A stretch of 64,000 bases of DNA, from the NCBI GenBank assembly GCA_963740085.1, contig CAVUCU010000001.1, forward strand, positions 448,001 to 512,000. Reading direction: 5' to 3'. How positions within the stretch are numbered: the first letter of the stretch is position 1; each line of letters opens with the position of its first letter. Below the pieces are notes generated by a model, which saw only the letters and a program-made list of their open reading frames with translations, did no database searches and had not been told where the DNA came from. Origin of the DNA: Nitrospirota bacterium (GTDB lineage: Bacteria > Nitrospirota > UBA9217). Made by a program: the position numbers and the translations under genes. Shown here piece by piece: positions 61,770 to 64,000 of the stretch.

Positions 61770-61959
61770 TTTTGGCGACCTCCGAATTGTAATGATGGAA
61801 TTTCAACGCTTCAAAATATAACATCAAACGCGCGGATTGACAAGCAAAAAATCAGTGAGGGAATCTGCTGAAACGCGGATGGAGCAGATCGGCCGGATAA
61901 GGAAAGCGTGCGCGGAGAGTGGCAGGACGGGGAACGCGCAGCCGGTCAGGTACACGGTG

Positions 61960-62496
61960 TCAACCATCCCTTTTCAATTCAACATTCCAGTAGAGGTAAT
62001 CGCGCCAGCTCAAAGGCGCGTTCTTGATCCCGAGCGTAAGCGTGACCACCGGCATCCACCGGGGTTTCGCGGGCGGTCTGATCAGCCTCATGTTCGCCTC
62101 ACGCGGGGTCCTGCCTCCCTTTCGGTTATTGCAGGAGAGGCAGGCCGTCACAATGTTCTCCCAGGTGGCCAGGCCTCCCTGCACCTGCGGTATGACATGG
62201 TCGAAGGTAAGGTCCTCCGCCGGATATTTCACACCGCAGTACTGACAGAAGTATTTATCGCGCTGGTAAATATTGGCACGGGAGAACCTCACTTCGCGGC
62301 TTGCGCGTCTGATCTTGACGAGCTTGAGCAAACGGAGGATCGAGGGAAGCCTGAAGGTGAGGGAAACACCCCGGATATCACGGTCATAGGAGTCGATCAC
62401 CTCCACCTTGCCCTGAGTGAGCAGGGTGATCGCCCTCTGCCAGGAAATGATCTTTAGCGGCTCGAATGTTGCGTTCAGGAGCAGCGTCCGTTCCAT
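61960..62496 (-). CDS. HNH endonuclease
   Basis: MERTLLLNA.FEPL, CQYCG, TFDHVIP..QGG..WENIVTACLSCNNRKG. Confidence 0.93.
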   Translation of the reverse strand: MERTLLLNATFEPLKIISWQRAITLLTQGKVEVIDSYDRDIRGVSLTFRLPSILRLLKLVKIRRASREVRFSRANIYQRDKYFCQYCGVKYPAEDLTFDHVIPQVQGGLATWENIVTACLSCNNRKGGRTPREANMRLIRPPAKPRWMPVVTLTLGIKNAPLSWRDYLYWNVELKRDG

Positions 62497-62581
62497 TTGC
62501 AACCCTCGGTGAATGCCGGAACGTCTTGAAATCGATGTCCCGGATGAACCGAAAACACAAAAACACGCTCGTTGAGGTATA

Positions 62582-62632
62582 AAAATACATAAAAAGGTAA
62601 CATTTGTCAATAGGGTTGAAACTTTGTATAAT
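62582..62632. promoter_or_regulatory. Back-to-back sigma70 promoters with overlapping -35 boxes
   Basis: Minus strand TTGACA-N17-TATTTT; plus strand TTGTCA-N17-TATAAT. Confidence 0.65.
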
Positions 62633-62638
62633 GGGGTA

Positions 62639-63520
62639 ATGTCCGAATCCGAGGAGACAAGAAGCGAGCAGGCAATGGCCGCGAGCGAGGAAGAGATCGC
62701 CAGGTATCTCCATGATCCTTCGCCCAGGGTCATTCGGGCACTGCTCGAAAACAGACGCCTGGTCGAGGAAGATGTCCTGATCATCGTGAAAAGAAAGAAC
62801 CTGCCCTCGAACATCCTCGAAATGATCTTTAAGGACAAACGCTGGGCAGAGAGCTACCCGGTGCGACATGCCCTCGCCCGGAATCCCCGGTCACCGCTCT
62901 CGGTCTCGCTCTCCATCGCCCGCTACCTCCGGATCTTCGACCTTGAAGAGATAACGCGCAGCCATTTCATTCCCCTCGTCTTCAGGCGCAAGGTCGAGAT
63001 GATCATCAACGAGCGGATCCCCGCCATGCCGCTGGGGAACAAGAAGACGCTCGCCAAGAAAGCTGCTGGCGACGTTCTGCTTAAATTGCTTCTCGACGCC
63101 GACGCCGAGGTCGTGAAACTCTGTCTCAACAATCCCCATATCACCGAGGGGCACTTCTTTAAGGTCATCAGTCGCAAAGACACACGCGCAGAGACGATCC
63201 TGATGATCGCGGAACACCCGAACTGGTCAAGCCGCACTCCGATACGGTTCTCCCTGGTCCGCAATGCGCATACACCCCTCTCACTATCAGTACGGTTTCT
63301 CGCCGCCATGAAGATCGCGGACCTGAGGGACCTCTATGCCGATCCGTCCGTACCCGTGACCATCAAGCCGTTCGTCCACCGGGAACTCTGGCAGCGCGGA
63401 GAAGAACCAACACAGGTTGTTGAGGAAAAGGTCTTTGAAATAGGTGAAGAAGAAATGGCGGAGATCGAAACGGAAGGAGGAATGCCGATGCTTGTTGATG
63501 AAGAGGAACAGAAAGAGTGA
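62639..63520 (+). CDS. Hypothetical helical-repeat (LRV-like) protein
   Basis: Repeated V...L..NP motifs (VRHALARNP, VVKLCLNNP, SLVRNAHTP). Confidence 0.8.
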   Translation: MSESEETRSEQAMAASEEEIARYLHDPSPRVIRALLENRRLVEEDVLIIVKRKNLPSNILEMIFKDKRWAESYPVRHALARNPRSPLSVSLSIARYLRIFDLEEITRSHFIPLVFRRKVEMIINERIPAMPLGNKKTLAKKAAGDVLLKLLLDADAEVVKLCLNNPHITEGHFFKVISRKDTRAETILMIAEHPNWSSRTPIRFSLVRNAHTPLSLSVRFLAAMKIADLRDLYADPSVPVTIKPFVHRELWQRGEEPTQVVEEKVFEIGEEEMAEIETEGGMPMLVDEEEQKE

Positions 63521-63525
63521 GGGGG

Positions 63526-63741
63526 CCCGGCCTTGTCAAAGCGGTACCATAAATCGGTCTCTCGCAGAGCACGCAGAGAACACAGAGTTAATTCAAAACC
63601 CTCAAGTCATGGTTTTAACCCAAAAATTTTCAGCTTCTCTCTGCGGCCTCTGCGGAAGTCCTAAGTGGCCGCTTTTCTTTCATAGGCTACTGCGAGAAAA
63701 TTTCTTACCGTCTTGATACGAATTTGATTCATAACCGACTA
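63526..63741. mobile_element. Wrapped CGCAGAG hairpin with ~34 bp insert and conserved tail
   Basis: Arms 63559-63587 / 63637-63698; insert 63655-63689; tail homologous to 16422-16454. Confidence 0.75.
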
Positions 63742-64000
63742 CTTCACGAATTTAAGCGCCCATCCCCTGCCCACCGTGATCGCGCCCTGGGGGCAGAACT
63801 CCTGACAGCAGAAGCAGCGAATGCAGTCGCGGTAACGTATCTCAAGCTTTTCCCCCCGGATCTCTATCGCTTTCTGCGGACAATGGCTCTGACAGATTCC
63901 GCATTGGATGCATGAGATATTATTGATCACCGGCCTTGTGGTCAAAGCGTCCTTAAGCACCATCCTCGCCCATTCGGGGAGACGCCATTCGAGGTGTGCC
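63739..64000 (-). CDS. C-terminal 2x[4Fe-4S] domain of a protein extending beyond the window (DUF362-type)
   Basis: CIQCGICQSHCP and CIRCFCCQEFCP; frame open to the window edge. Confidence 0.85.
   Translation of the reverse strand, partial: AHLEWRLPEWARMVLKDALTTRPVINNISCIQCGICQSHCPQKAIEIRGEKLEIRYRDCIRCFCCQEFCPQGAITVGRGWALKFVK

Noticed and set aside
61960-62496. HNH nuclease as the mobiliser of the repeats
   Set aside because: It is not enclosed by paired arms or wrapper ends and belongs to a widespread stand-alone family; no direct support.

Overview
A 64 kb bacterial chromosome segment. Gene content and order (pdxJ-acpS-nnr-CBS-tsaE-nadK-udg-HIT-mutS, paired DUF507 genes, mlaEFD behind alr) suggest a Nitrospirota- or Desulfobacterota-like organism; this is inference. 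It carries housekeeping operons, a phospholipid-catabolism trio, an AT-richer methyltransferase-rich glycan cluster (about 15.7-29.9 kb) with a convergent GT-C/DUF2304 block, lon/galU/mla/alr, a diguanylate cyclase, an ECF sigma module, a second RpoD-like sigma, pyrEF and an HNH nuclease. About ten single-base frameshifts look like long-read errors. No rRNA, tRNA, CRISPR array or transposase was recognised. The most striking signal is non-coding. Most spacers between core genes hold small palindromic elements of two kinds: (i) hairpins whose arms are 2-3 copies of a CRCRRAK core at 8-10 nt spacing, and (ii) heptamer-tandem-repeat palindromes. They are packaged in at least three reusable end sequences, nested inside one another, hit by a shared ~34 bp secondary insert, and read through into protein tails or loops (UDG, Lon, GalU, PyrF, DUF2304, ThiL). 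This looks like a modular, non-autonomous repeat system whose mobilising enzyme is not in the window.
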